A stretch of 64,000 nt of DNA from Escherichia coli (GTDB taxonomy: Bacteria; Pseudomonadota; Gammaproteobacteria; Enterobacterales; Enterobacteriaceae), in the NCBI RefSeq assembly GCF_016026235.1, contig NZ_CP065613.1, one strand, 5' to 3'. This document shows positions 53,424 through 64,000 of this stretch, one piece after another. The notes under the pieces are model-generated. The model was given only the letters and a program-made list of their open reading frames with translations. It had not been told where the DNA came from and did no database searches. The position numbers were made by a program, and so were the translations under genes. The first letter of the stretch is position 1. Each line of letters begins with the position of its first letter.

Positions 53424-56400
53424 ATGGTTTACTCCTATACCGAGAAAAAACGTATTCGTAAGGATTTTGGTAAACGTCCACAAGTTCTGGATGTACCTTA
53501 TCTCCTTTCTATCCAGCTTGACTCGTTTCAGAAATTTATCGAGCAAGATCCTGAAGGGCAGTATGGTCTGGAAGCTGCTTTCCGTTCCGTATTCCCGATT
53601 CAGAGCTACAGCGGTAATTCCGAGCTGCAATACGTCAGCTACCGCCTTGGCGAACCGGTGTTTGACGTCCAGGAATGTCAAATCCGTGGCGTGACCTATT
53701 CCGCACCGCTGCGCGTTAAACTGCGTCTGGTGATCTATGAGCGCGAAGCGCCGGAAGGCACCGTAAAAGACATTAAAGAACAAGAAGTCTACATGGGCGA
53801 AATTCCGCTCATGACAGACAACGGTACCTTTGTTATCAACGGTACTGAGCGTGTTATCGTTTCCCAGCTGCACCGTAGTCCGGGCGTCTTCTTTGACTCC
53901 GACAAAGGTAAAACCCACTCTTCGGGTAAAGTGCTGTATAACGCGCGCATCATCCCTTACCGTGGTTCCTGGCTGGACTTCGAATTCGATCCGAAGGACA
54001 ACCTGTTCGTACGTATCGACCGTCGCCGTAAACTGCCTGCGACCATCATTCTGCGTGCCCTGAACTACACCACAGAGCAGATCCTCGACCTGTTCTTTGA
54101 AAAAGTTATCTTTGAAATCCGTGATAACAAGCTGCAGATGGAACTGGTGCCGGAACGCCTGCGTGGTGAAACCGCATCTTTCGACATCGAAGCTAACGGT
54201 AAAGTGTACGTAGAAAAAGGCCGCCGTATCACTGCGCGCCACATTCGCCAGCTGGAAAAAGACGACGTCAAACTGATCGAAGTCCCGGTTGAGTACATCG
54301 CAGGTAAAGTGGTTGCTAAAGACTATATTGATGAGTCTACCGGCGAGCTGATCTGCGCAGCGAACATGGAGCTGAGCCTGGATCTGCTGGCTAAGCTGAG
54401 CCAGTCTGGTCACAAGCGTATCGAAACGCTGTTCACCAATGATCTGGATCACGGCCCATATATCTCTGAAACCTTACGTGTCGACCCAACTAACGACCGT
54501 CTGAGCGCACTGGTAGAAATCTACCGCATGATGCGCCCTGGCGAGCCGCCGACTCGTGAAGCAGCGGAAAGCCTGTTCGAGAACCTGTTCTTCTCCGAAG
54601 ACCGTTATGACCTGTCTGCGGTTGGTCGTATGAAGTTCAACCGTTCTCTGCTGCGCGAAGAAATCGAAGGTTCTGGTATCCTGAGCAAAGACGACATCAT
54701 TGATGTTATGAAAAAGCTCATCGATATCCGTAACGGTAAAGGCGAAGTCGATGATATCGACCACCTCGGCAACCGTCGTATCCGTTCCGTTGGCGAAATG
54801 GCGGAAAACCAGTTCCGCGTTGGCCTGGTACGTGTAGAGCGTGCGGTGAAAGAGCGTCTGTCTCTGGGCGATCTGGATACCCTGATGCCTCAGGATATGA
54901 TCAACGCCAAGCCGATTTCCGCAGCAGTGAAAGAGTTCTTCGGTTCCAGCCAGCTGTCTCAGTTTATGGACCAGAACAACCCGCTGTCTGAGATTACGCA
55001 CAAACGTCGTATCTCCGCACTCGGCCCAGGCGGTCTGACCCGTGAACGTGCAGGCTTCGAAGTTCGAGACGTACACCCGACTCACTACGGTCGCGTATGT
55101 CCAATCGAAACCCCTGAAGGTCCGAACATCGGTCTGATCAACTCTCTGTCCGTGTACGCACAGACTAACGAATACGGCTTCCTTGAGACTCCGTATCGTA
55201 AAGTGACCGACGGTGTTGTAACTGACGAAATTCACTACCTGTCTGCTATCGAAGAAGGCAACTACGTTATCGCCCAGGCGAACTCCAACCTGGATGAAGA
55301 AGGCCACTTCGTAGAAGACCTGGTAACTTGCCGTAGCAAAGGCGAATCCAGCTTGTTCAGCCGCGACCAGGTTGACTACATGGACGTATCCACCCAGCAG
55401 GTGGTATCCGTCGGTGCGTCCCTGATCCCGTTCCTGGAACACGATGACGCCAACCGTGCATTGATGGGTGCGAACATGCAACGTCAGGCCGTTCCGACTC
55501 TGCGCGCTGATAAGCCGCTGGTTGGTACTGGTATGGAACGTGCTGTTGCCGTTGACTCCGGTGTAACTGCGGTAGCTAAACGTGGTGGTGTCGTTCAGTA
55601 CGTGGATGCTTCCCGTATCGTTATCAAAGTTAACGAAGACGAGATGTATCCGGGTGAAGCAGGTATCGACATCTACAACCTGACCAAATACACCCGTTCT
55701 AACCAGAACACCTGTATCAACCAGATGCCGTGTGTGTCTCTGGGTGAACCGGTTGAACGTGGCGACGTGCTGGCAGACGGTCCGTCCACCGACCTCGGTG
55801 AACTGGCGCTTGGTCAGAACATGCGCGTAGCGTTCATGCCGTGGAATGGTTACAACTTCGAAGACTCCATCCTCGTATCCGAGCGTGTTGTTCAGGAAGA
55901 CCGTTTCACCACCATCCACATTCAGGAACTGGCGTGTGTGTCCCGTGACACCAAGCTGGGTCCGGAAGAGATCACCGCTGACATCCCGAACGTGGGTGAA
56001 GCTGCGCTCTCCAAACTGGATGAATCCGGTATCGTTTACATTGGTGCGGAAGTGACCGGTGGCGACATTCTGGTTGGTAAGGTAACGCCGAAAGGTGAAA
56101 CTCAGCTGACCCCAGAAGAAAAACTGCTGCGTGCGATCTTCGGTGAGAAAGCCTCTGACGTTAAAGACTCTTCTCTGCGCGTACCAAACGGTGTATCCGG
56201 TACGGTTATCGACGTTCAGGTCTTTACTCGCGATGGCGTAGAAAAAGACAAACGTGCGCTGGAAATCGAAGAAATGCAGCTCAAACAGGCGAAGAAAGAC
56301 CTGTCTGAAGAACTGCAGATCCTCGAAGCGGGTCTGTTCAGCCGTATCCGTGCTGTGCTGGTAGCCGGTGGCGTTGAAGCTGAGAAGCTCGACAAACTGC

Positions 56401-57452
56401 CGCGCGATCGCTGGCTGGAGCTGGGCCTGACAGACGAAGAGAAACAAAATCAGCTGGAACAGCTGGCTGAGCAGTATGACGAACTGAAACACGAGTTCGA
56501 GAAGAAACTCGAAGCGAAACGCCGCAAAATCACCCAGGGCGACGATCTGGCACCGGGCGTGCTGAAGATTGTTAAGGTATATCTGGCGGTTAAACGCCGT
56601 ATCCAGCCTGGTGACAAGATGGCAGGTCGTCACGGTAACAAGGGTGTAATTTCTAAGATCAACCCGATCGAAGATATGCCTTACGATGAAAACGGTACGC
56701 CGGTAGACATCGTACTGAACCCGCTGGGCGTACCGTCTCGTATGAACATCGGTCAGATCCTCGAAACCCACCTGGGTATGGCTGCGAAAGGTATCGGCGA
56801 CAAGATCAACGCCATGCTGAAACAGCAGCAAGAAGTCGCGAAACTGCGCGAATTCATCCAGCGTGCGTACGATCTGGGCGCTGACGTTCGTCAGAAAGTT
56901 GACCTGAGTACCTTCAGCGATGAAGAAGTTATGCGTCTGGCTGAAAACCTGCGCAAAGGTATGCCAATCGCAACGCCGGTGTTCGACGGTGCGAAAGAAG
57001 CAGAAATTAAAGAGCTGCTGAAACTTGGCGACCTGCCGACTTCCGGTCAGATCCGCCTGTACGATGGTCGCACTGGTGAACAGTTCGAGCGTCCGGTAAC
57101 CGTTGGTTACATGTACATGCTGAAACTGAACCACCTGGTCGACGACAAGATGCACGCGCGTTCCACCGGTTCTTACAGCCTGGTTACTCAGCAGCCGCTG
57201 GGTGGTAAGGCACAGTTCGGTGGTCAGCGTTTCGGGGAGATGGAAGTGTGGGCGCTGGAAGCATACGGCGCAGCATACACCCTGCAGGAAATGCTCACCG
57301 TTAAGTCTGATGACGTGAACGGTCGTACCAAGATGTATAAAAACATCGTGGACGGCAACCATCAGATGGAGCCGGGCATGCCAGAATCCTTCAACGTATT
57401 GTTGAAAGAGATTCGTTCGCTGGGTATCAACATCGAACTGGAAGACGAGTAA
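53424..57452 (+). CDS. rpoB: DNA-directed RNA polymerase beta subunit
   Basis: ORF 53391..57452, trimmed to the ATG giving [16 protein letters not shown] and the 1342 aa K-12 length. Confidence 0.97.
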
Positions 57453-57528
57453 TTCTCGCTCAAACAGGTCACTGCTGTCGGGGTAAAACCCGGCAGCGGA
57501 TTGTGCTAACTCCGACGGGAGCAAATCC

Positions 57529-60500
57529 GTGAAAGATTTATTAAAGTTTCTGAAAGCGCAGACTAAAACCGAAGAGTTTGATGCGATCAAAATTGCTCTG
57601 GCTTCGCCAGACATGATCCGTTCATGGTCTTTCGGTGAAGTTAAAAAGCCGGAAACCATCAACTACCGTACGTTCAAACCAGAACGTGACGGCCTTTTCT
57701 GCGCCCGTATCTTTGGGCCGGTAAAAGATTACGAGTGCCTGTGCGGTAAGTACAAGCGCCTGAAACACCGTGGCGTCATCTGTGAGAAGTGCGGCGTTGA
57801 AGTGACCCAGACTAAAGTACGCCGTGAGCGTATGGGCCACATCGAACTGGCTTCCCCGACTGCGCACATCTGGTTCCTGAAATCGCTGCCGTCCCGTATC
57901 GGTCTGCTGCTCGATATGCCGCTGCGCGATATCGAACGCGTACTGTACTTTGAATCCTATGTGGTTATCGAAGGCGGTATGACCAACCTGGAACGTCAGC
58001 AGATCCTGACTGAAGAGCAGTATCTGGACGCGCTGGAAGAGTTCGGTGACGAATTCGACGCGAAGATGGGTGCGGAAGCAATCCAGGCTCTGCTGAAGAG
58101 CATGGATCTGGAGCAAGAGTGCGAACAGCTGCGTGAAGAGCTGAACGAAACCAACTCCGAAACCAAGCGTAAAAAGCTGACCAAGCGTATCAAACTGCTG
58201 GAAGCGTTCGTTCAGTCTGGTAACAAACCAGAGTGGATGATCCTGACCGTTCTGCCGGTACTGCCGCCAGATCTGCGTCCGCTGGTTCCACTGGATGGTG
58301 GTCGTTTCGCGACTTCTGACCTGAACGATCTGTATCGTCGCGTCATTAACCGTAACAACCGTCTGAAACGTCTGCTGGATCTGGCTGCGCCGGACATCAT
58401 CGTACGTAACGAAAAACGTATGCTGCAGGAAGCGGTAGACGCCCTGCTGGATAACGGTCGTCGCGGTCGTGCGATCACCGGTTCTAACAAGCGTCCTCTG
58501 AAATCTTTGGCCGACATGATCAAAGGTAAACAGGGTCGTTTCCGTCAGAACCTGCTCGGTAAGCGTGTTGACTACTCCGGTCGTTCTGTAATCACCGTAG
58601 GTCCATACCTGCGTCTGCATCAGTGCGGTCTGCCGAAGAAAATGGCGCTGGAGCTGTTCAAACCGTTCATCTACGGCAAGCTGGAACTGCGTGGTCTTGC
58701 TACCACCATTAAAGCTGCGAAGAAAATGGTTGAGCGCGAAGAAGCTGTCGTTTGGGATATCCTGGACGAAGTTATCCGCGAACACCCGGTACTGCTGAAC
58801 CGTGCACCGACTCTGCACCGTCTGGGTATCCAGGCATTTGAACCGGTACTGATCGAAGGTAAAGCTATCCAGCTGCACCCGCTGGTTTGTGCGGCATATA
58901 ACGCCGACTTCGATGGTGACCAGATGGCTGTTCACGTACCGCTGACGCTGGAAGCCCAGCTGGAAGCGCGTGCGCTGATGATGTCTACCAACAACATCCT
59001 GTCCCCGGCGAACGGCGAACCAATCATCGTTCCGTCTCAGGACGTTGTTCTGGGTCTGTACTATATGACCCGTGACTGTGTTAACGCCAAAGGCGAAGGC
59101 ATGGTGCTGACTGGCCCGAAAGAAGCAGAACGTCTGTATCGCTCTGGTCTGGCTTCTCTGCATGCGCGCGTTAAAGTGCGTATCACCGAGTATGAAAAAG
59201 ATGCAAACGGTGAATTAGTAGCGAAAACCAGCCTGAAAGACACGACTGTTGGCCGTGCCATTCTGTGGATGATTGTACCGAAAGGTCTGCCTTACTCCAT
59301 CGTCAACCAGGCGCTGGGTAAAAAAGCAATCTCCAAAATGCTGAACACCTGCTACCGCATTCTCGGTCTGAAACCGACCGTTATTTTTGCGGACCAGATC
59401 ATGTACACCGGCTTCGCCTATGCAGCGCGTTCTGGTGCATCTGTTGGTATCGATGACATGGTCATCCCGGAGAAGAAACACGAAATCATCTCCGAGGCAG
59501 AAGCAGAAGTTGCTGAAATTCAGGAGCAGTTCCAGTCTGGTCTGGTAACTGCGGGCGAACGCTACAACAAAGTTATCGATATCTGGGCTGCGGCGAACGA
59601 TCGTGTATCCAAAGCGATGATGGATAACCTGCAAACTGAAACCGTGATTAACCGTGACGGTCAGGAAGAGAAGCAGGTTTCCTTCAACAGCATCTACATG
59701 ATGGCCGACTCCGGTGCGCGTGGTTCTGCGGCACAGATTCGTCAGCTTGCTGGTATGCGTGGTCTGATGGCGAAGCCGGATGGCTCCATCATCGAAACGC
59801 CAATCACCGCGAACTTCCGTGAAGGTCTGAACGTACTCCAGTACTTCATCTCCACCCACGGTGCTCGTAAAGGTCTGGCGGATACCGCACTGAAAACTGC
59901 GAACTCCGGTTACCTGACTCGTCGTCTGGTTGACGTGGCGCAGGACCTGGTGGTTACCGAAGACGATTGTGGTACCCATGAAGGTATCATGATGACTCCG
60001 GTTATCGAGGGTGGTGACGTTAAAGAGCCGCTGCGCGATCGCGTACTGGGTCGTGTAACTGCTGAAGACGTTCTGAAGCCGGGTACTGCTGATATCCTCG
60101 TTCCGCGCAACACGCTGCTGCACGAACAGTGGTGTGACCTGCTGGAAGAGAACTCTGTCGACGCGGTTAAAGTACGTTCTGTTGTATCTTGTGACACCGA
60201 CTTTGGTGTATGTGCGCACTGCTACGGTCGTGACCTGGCGCGTGGCCACATCATCAACAAGGGTGAAGCAATCGGTGTTATCGCGGCACAGTCCATCGGT
60301 GAACCGGGTACACAGCTGACCATGCGTACGTTCCACATCGGTGGTGCGGCATCTCGTGCGGCTGCTGAATCCAGCATCCAGGTGAAAAACAAAGGTAGCA
60401 TCAAGCTCAGCAACGTGAAGTCGGTTGTGAACTCCAGCGGTAAACTGGTTATCACTTCCCGTAATACTGAACTGAAACTGATCGACGAATTCGGTCGTAC

Positions 60501-61752
60501 CAAAGAAAGCTACAAAGTGCCTTACGGTGCGGTACTGGCGAAAGGCGATGGCGAACAGGTTGCTGGCGGCGAAACCGTTGCAAACTGGGACCCGCACACC
60601 ATGCCGGTTATCACCGAAGTAAGCGGTTTTGTACGCTTTACTGACATGATCGACGGTCAGACCATTACTCGTCAGACAGACGAATTGACCGGTCTGTCTT
60701 CGCTGGTGGTTCTGGATTCCGCAGAACGTACCGCAGGTGGTAAAGATCTGCGTCCGGCACTGAAAATCGTTGATGCTCAGGGTAACGACGTTCTGATCCC
60801 AGGTACCGATATGCCTGCGCAGTACTTCCTGCCGGGTAAAGCGATTGTTCAGCTGGAAGATGGCGTACAGATCAGCTCTGGTGACACCCTGGCGCGTATT
60901 CCGCAGGAATCCGGCGGTACCAAGGACATCACCGGTGGTCTGCCGCGCGTTGCGGACCTGTTCGAAGCACGTCGTCCGAAAGAGCCGGCAATCCTGGCTG
61001 AAATCAGCGGTATCGTTTCCTTCGGTAAAGAAACCAAAGGTAAACGTCGTCTGGTTATCACCCCGGTAGACGGTAGCGATCCGTACGAAGAGATGATTCC
61101 GAAATGGCGTCAGCTCAACGTGTTCGAAGGTGAACGTGTAGAACGTGGTGACGTAATTTCCGACGGTCCGGAAGCGCCGCACGACATTCTGCGTCTGCGT
61201 GGTGTTCATGCTGTGACTCGTTACATCGTTAACGAAGTACAGGACGTATACCGTCTGCAGGGCGTTAAGATTAACGATAAACACATCGAAGTTATCGTTC
61301 GTCAGATGCTGCGTAAAGCTACCATCGTTAACGCGGGCAGCTCCGACTTCCTGGAAGGCGAACAGGTTGAATACTCTCGCGTCAAGATCGCAAACCGCGA
61401 ACTGGAAGCGAACGGCAAAGTGGGTGCAACTTACTCCCGCGATCTGCTGGGTATCACCAAAGCGTCTCTGGCAACCGAGTCCTTCATCTCCGCGGCATCG
61501 TTCCAGGAGACCACTCGCGTGCTGACCGAAGCAGCCGTTGCGGGCAAACGCGACGAACTGCGCGGCCTGAAAGAGAACGTTATCGTGGGTCGTCTGATCC
61601 CGGCAGGTACCGGTTACGCGTACCACCAGGATCGTATGCGTCGCCGTGCTGCGGGTGAAGCTCCGGCTGCACCGCAGGTGACTGCAGAAGACGCATCTGC
61701 CAGCCTGGCAGAACTGCTGAACGCAGGTCTGGGCGGTTCTGATAACGAGTAA
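57529..61752 (+). CDS. rpoC: DNA-directed RNA polymerase beta-prime subunit
   Basis: 1407 aa ORF with GTG start (gtgaaagatttattaaag), NADFDGD active-site motif. Confidence 0.97.
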
Positions 61753-61773
61753 TCGTTAATCCGCAAATAACGT

Positions 61774-61801
61774 AAAAACCCGCTTCGGCGGGTTTTTTTA
61801 T
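61774..61801 (+). terminator. Rho-independent terminator after rpoC
   Basis: aacccgc-ttcg-gcgggtt hairpin followed by tttttttat. Confidence 0.7.
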
Positions 61802-61964
61802 GGGGGGAGTTTAGGGAAAGAGCATTTGTCAGAATATTTAAGGAATTTCTGAATACTCATAATCAATGTAGAGATGACTAATATCCTGAAACTGACTGAA
61901 CTAATTGAGTCAAACTCGGCAAGGATTCGATACTATTCCTGTGTAACTTTCTTAAGGAACGAGA

Positions 61965-62504
61965 ATGAAACAGGAAGTGGAAAAGTGGCGACCTTTTGGA
62001 CATCCGGATGGTGATATTCGTGATTTATCATTTCTTGATGCTCATCAGGCTGTCTACGTTCAGCATCATGAGGGCAAAGAGCCTTTAGAGTATCGCTTTT
62101 GGGTTACCTACTCTCTTCACTGCTTCACAAAAGATTATGAACATCAGACGAACGAAGAAAAACAATCGTTAATGTACCACGCGCCTAAAGAATCTCGTCC
62201 CTTCTGCCAGCACCGTTATAACTTAGCGCGCACACACTTAAAAAGAACTATTTTGGCGCTGCCAGAAAGCAACGTTATTCATGCCGGGTATGGTAGCTAT
62301 GCCGTGATTGAGGTGGACTTAGACGGAGGAGATAAGGCATTTTACTTTGTTGCGTTCAGGGCTTTCAGGGAAAAGAAAAAACTCCGTTTGCATGTAACTA
62401 GCGCTTATCCCATTTCTGAAAAACAGAAAGGTAAATCAGTGAAATTTTTCACCATTGCCTACAACTTATTGAGAAATAAGCAGCTTCCTCAGCCCTCAAA
62501 ATAA
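61965..62504 (+). CDS. yjaZ: Uncharacterised protein YjaZ (formerly HtrC)
   Basis: 179 aa ORF, same length and position as K-12 yjaZ. Confidence 0.85.
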   Translation: MKQEVEKWRPFGHPDGDIRDLSFLDAHQAVYVQHHEGKEPLEYRFWVTYSLHCFTKDYEHQTNEEKQSLMYHAPKESRPFCQHRYNLARTHLKRTILALPESNVIHAGYGSYAVIEVDLDGGDKAFYFVAFRAFREKKKLRLHVTSAYPISEKQKGKSVKFFTIAYNLLRNKQLPQPSK

Positions 62505-62913
62505 CAAAACCCACCTTAAGGTGGGTTTCGCCAGAGAATTATCTCTGGTATTCAGAACGCCATTACCGGACTTTGCCTTGACCTTGCGATAATCGCAGGT
62601 TGCGGGATGTCTGAATTTCTTCAGTCTGCTGCATCCTGGAAGATGAGAACATGTGTTCTTATTTTCGTCTCTATCATAGTTGAGTATTTACTCTCTTACA
62701 ATCAGATCTCTTTCATTGCTCAACAGGCGATGGCTTCAGACTTTGCATTACGGAATTTTTAAGAAAGGCAGGGCGAAACGAGGAAGAAGCTTTTCGCCCT
62801 GGACAACATTCCTGCTGACGGCACTACCATAAAAAAACAGAACGCTTTCAACAACCTTGCGTTTTTCATCTTCCGTAGCGGCTCGGAATAAATTTACGTT
62901 CTTACATTCCGTC

Positions 62914-64000
62914 TCATAGTCTTTGCGAGGCCCGTCCCAGATAGCTGTCCCAGTCTTTCCATACCGGCTGCAAACCCTGAGCGGTTAACGCGGCAGCAAC
63001 CGCTTCCGGTCTGCGATCGTCGTGCGGTGAGAACTGTTCCAACTCGGGGTGATTATCGGCATAGCCACCTGGCTGCGTTTTCGAGAAGGCGCTGACGTTA
63101 TTGATCGCCAGCGGAATAACGCGATCGCGAAACCACGGTGATTCCCGCGTGGAGAGTGACAGTTCAATCTCCGGTGCAAGCAGTCGGAAGGCGCAGATGG
63201 TTTGCACTAACTGGCGTTCATCCATAATCGACGCAGGCTCAATGCCGCCAGTACACGGGCGCAGGCGCGGAAAGGAGACAGAGTAACGGCTTTGCCAGTA
63301 ATGCTGTTGCAGCCATAGCAAATGTTCGGCAACCATATAGCAGTCAACGCGCCAGTTGTCGGAAAGGCCAATTAGCGCGCCGAGGCCTATCTTATCAATC
63401 CCCGCACGCCCCAGCCGATCCGGCGTTTCCAGCCGCCAGAAGAAGTCCTGTTTTTTGCCTTTCAGATGATGGCGGGCATAAGTCGCCTCGTGATATGTCT
63501 CCTGATAAACCATCACGCCATCCAGACCAAGCTGCTTTAACTCGGCGTATTCCGTCTCCGCCAGCGGTTGCACTTCCATTTGTAGTGAAGAGAACTGTTC
63601 ACGCAGGGCGGGGAGATGACGACGAAAGTAATCCATCCCCACTTTCGCCTGATGTTCACCAGTGACTAATAGCAGATGTTCAAAGCCCATCTCCCGTATA
63701 GCGGCGCTTTCCCTGGCAATATCCGCTTCATCCAGCGTTTTGCGCTTGATGCGATTACTCATGGAAAATCCGCAGTACGTGCAGTCGTTAGCGCAAAGAT
63801 TGGAAAGATAAAGCGGGACGTAGAAACTAACTGTGTTGCCAAATCGCTGACGGGTCAGACGCTGCGCCCGTTGGGCCAGTTGTTCCAGATAGCCACTGGC
63901 GGCTGGCGATAACAGCGCCATCATATCGTCGCGGGTGAATTGCGAGGCATTTAGCGCCCGCTCTACGTCAACAGCCGTTTTGCCGTTGATACGCAGGCGG
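62914..64000 (-). CDS. thiH: 2-iminoacetate synthase (thiamine biosynthesis, radical SAM), 5' end outside the window
   Basis: ORF 62914..63924 (MMALLSPAAS...) with radical-SAM CANDCTYCGF motif; K-12 ThiH is 377 aa as I recall, so the true start lies beyond position 64000. Confidence 0.85.
   Translation of the reverse strand, partial: RLRINGKTAVDVERALNASQFTRDDMMALLSPAASGYLEQLAQRAQRLTRQRFGNTVSFYVPLYLSNLCANDCTYCGFSMSNRIKRKTLDEADIARESAAIREMGFEHLLLVTGEHQAKVGMDYFRRHLPALREQFSSLQMEVQPLAETEYAELKQLGLDGVMVYQETYHEATYARHHLKGKKQDFFWRLETPDRLGRAGIDKIGLGALIGLSDNWRVDCYMVAEHLLWLQQHYWQSRYSVSFPRLRPCTGGIEPASIMDERQLVQTICAFRLLAPEIELSLSTRESPWFRDRVIPLAINNVSAFSKTQPGGYADNHPELEQFSPHDDRRPEAVAAALTAQGLQPVWKDWDSYLGRASQRL

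Noticed and set aside
53349-61626. Very long antisense ORFs on the minus strand opposite rpoB and rpoC (367, 1062, 513 and 803 aa)
   Set aside because: They lie exactly antisense to highly conserved genes whose identity is unambiguous; strong codon bias on the sense strand depletes stop codons on the antisense strand, and the translations are low-complexity with no recognisable motifs

Overview
This window is a gamma-proteobacterial (Escherichia coli-like) core chromosome segment running from the 3' end of metB to the 5' part of thiH. All protein calls rest on the supplied six-frame ORF track plus my recall of the E. coli K-12 gene order and protein sequences; no database search was run. Gene order is metL, metF, katG, yijE, yijF, gldA-fsaB-ptsA, frwC-frwB-pflD-pflC-frwD, yijO, eptC, ppc, argE/argCBH, oxyS/oxyR, sthA, fabR-yijD, trmA, btuB-murI, the rrnB operon (16S, tRNA-Glu, 23S, 5S), murB-birA, coaA, thrU-tyrU-glyT-thrT-tufB, secE-nusG, rplKAJL-rpoBC, yjaZ and thiH. 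Four places differ from the K-12 layout as I remember it: (1) a two-gene cassette (M20D amidohydrolase plus MFS transporter) with an AT-rich upstream region lies between sthA and fabR; (2) pflD is split into two frames by what looks like an internal deletion of about 446 bp; (3) btuB has K-12-like ends and B12 riboswitch but a divergent, AT-rich central block of about 1.6 kb, which also carries a G8 homopolymer; (4) the spacer after the 5S rRNA is short and holds a single terminator hairpin. I found no CRISPR array, integrase, transposase, prophage or recognisable defence or toxin-antitoxin module, so I do not see an obvious undescribed system here; the sthA-fabR cassette and the mosaic btuB are the most novel-looking content.
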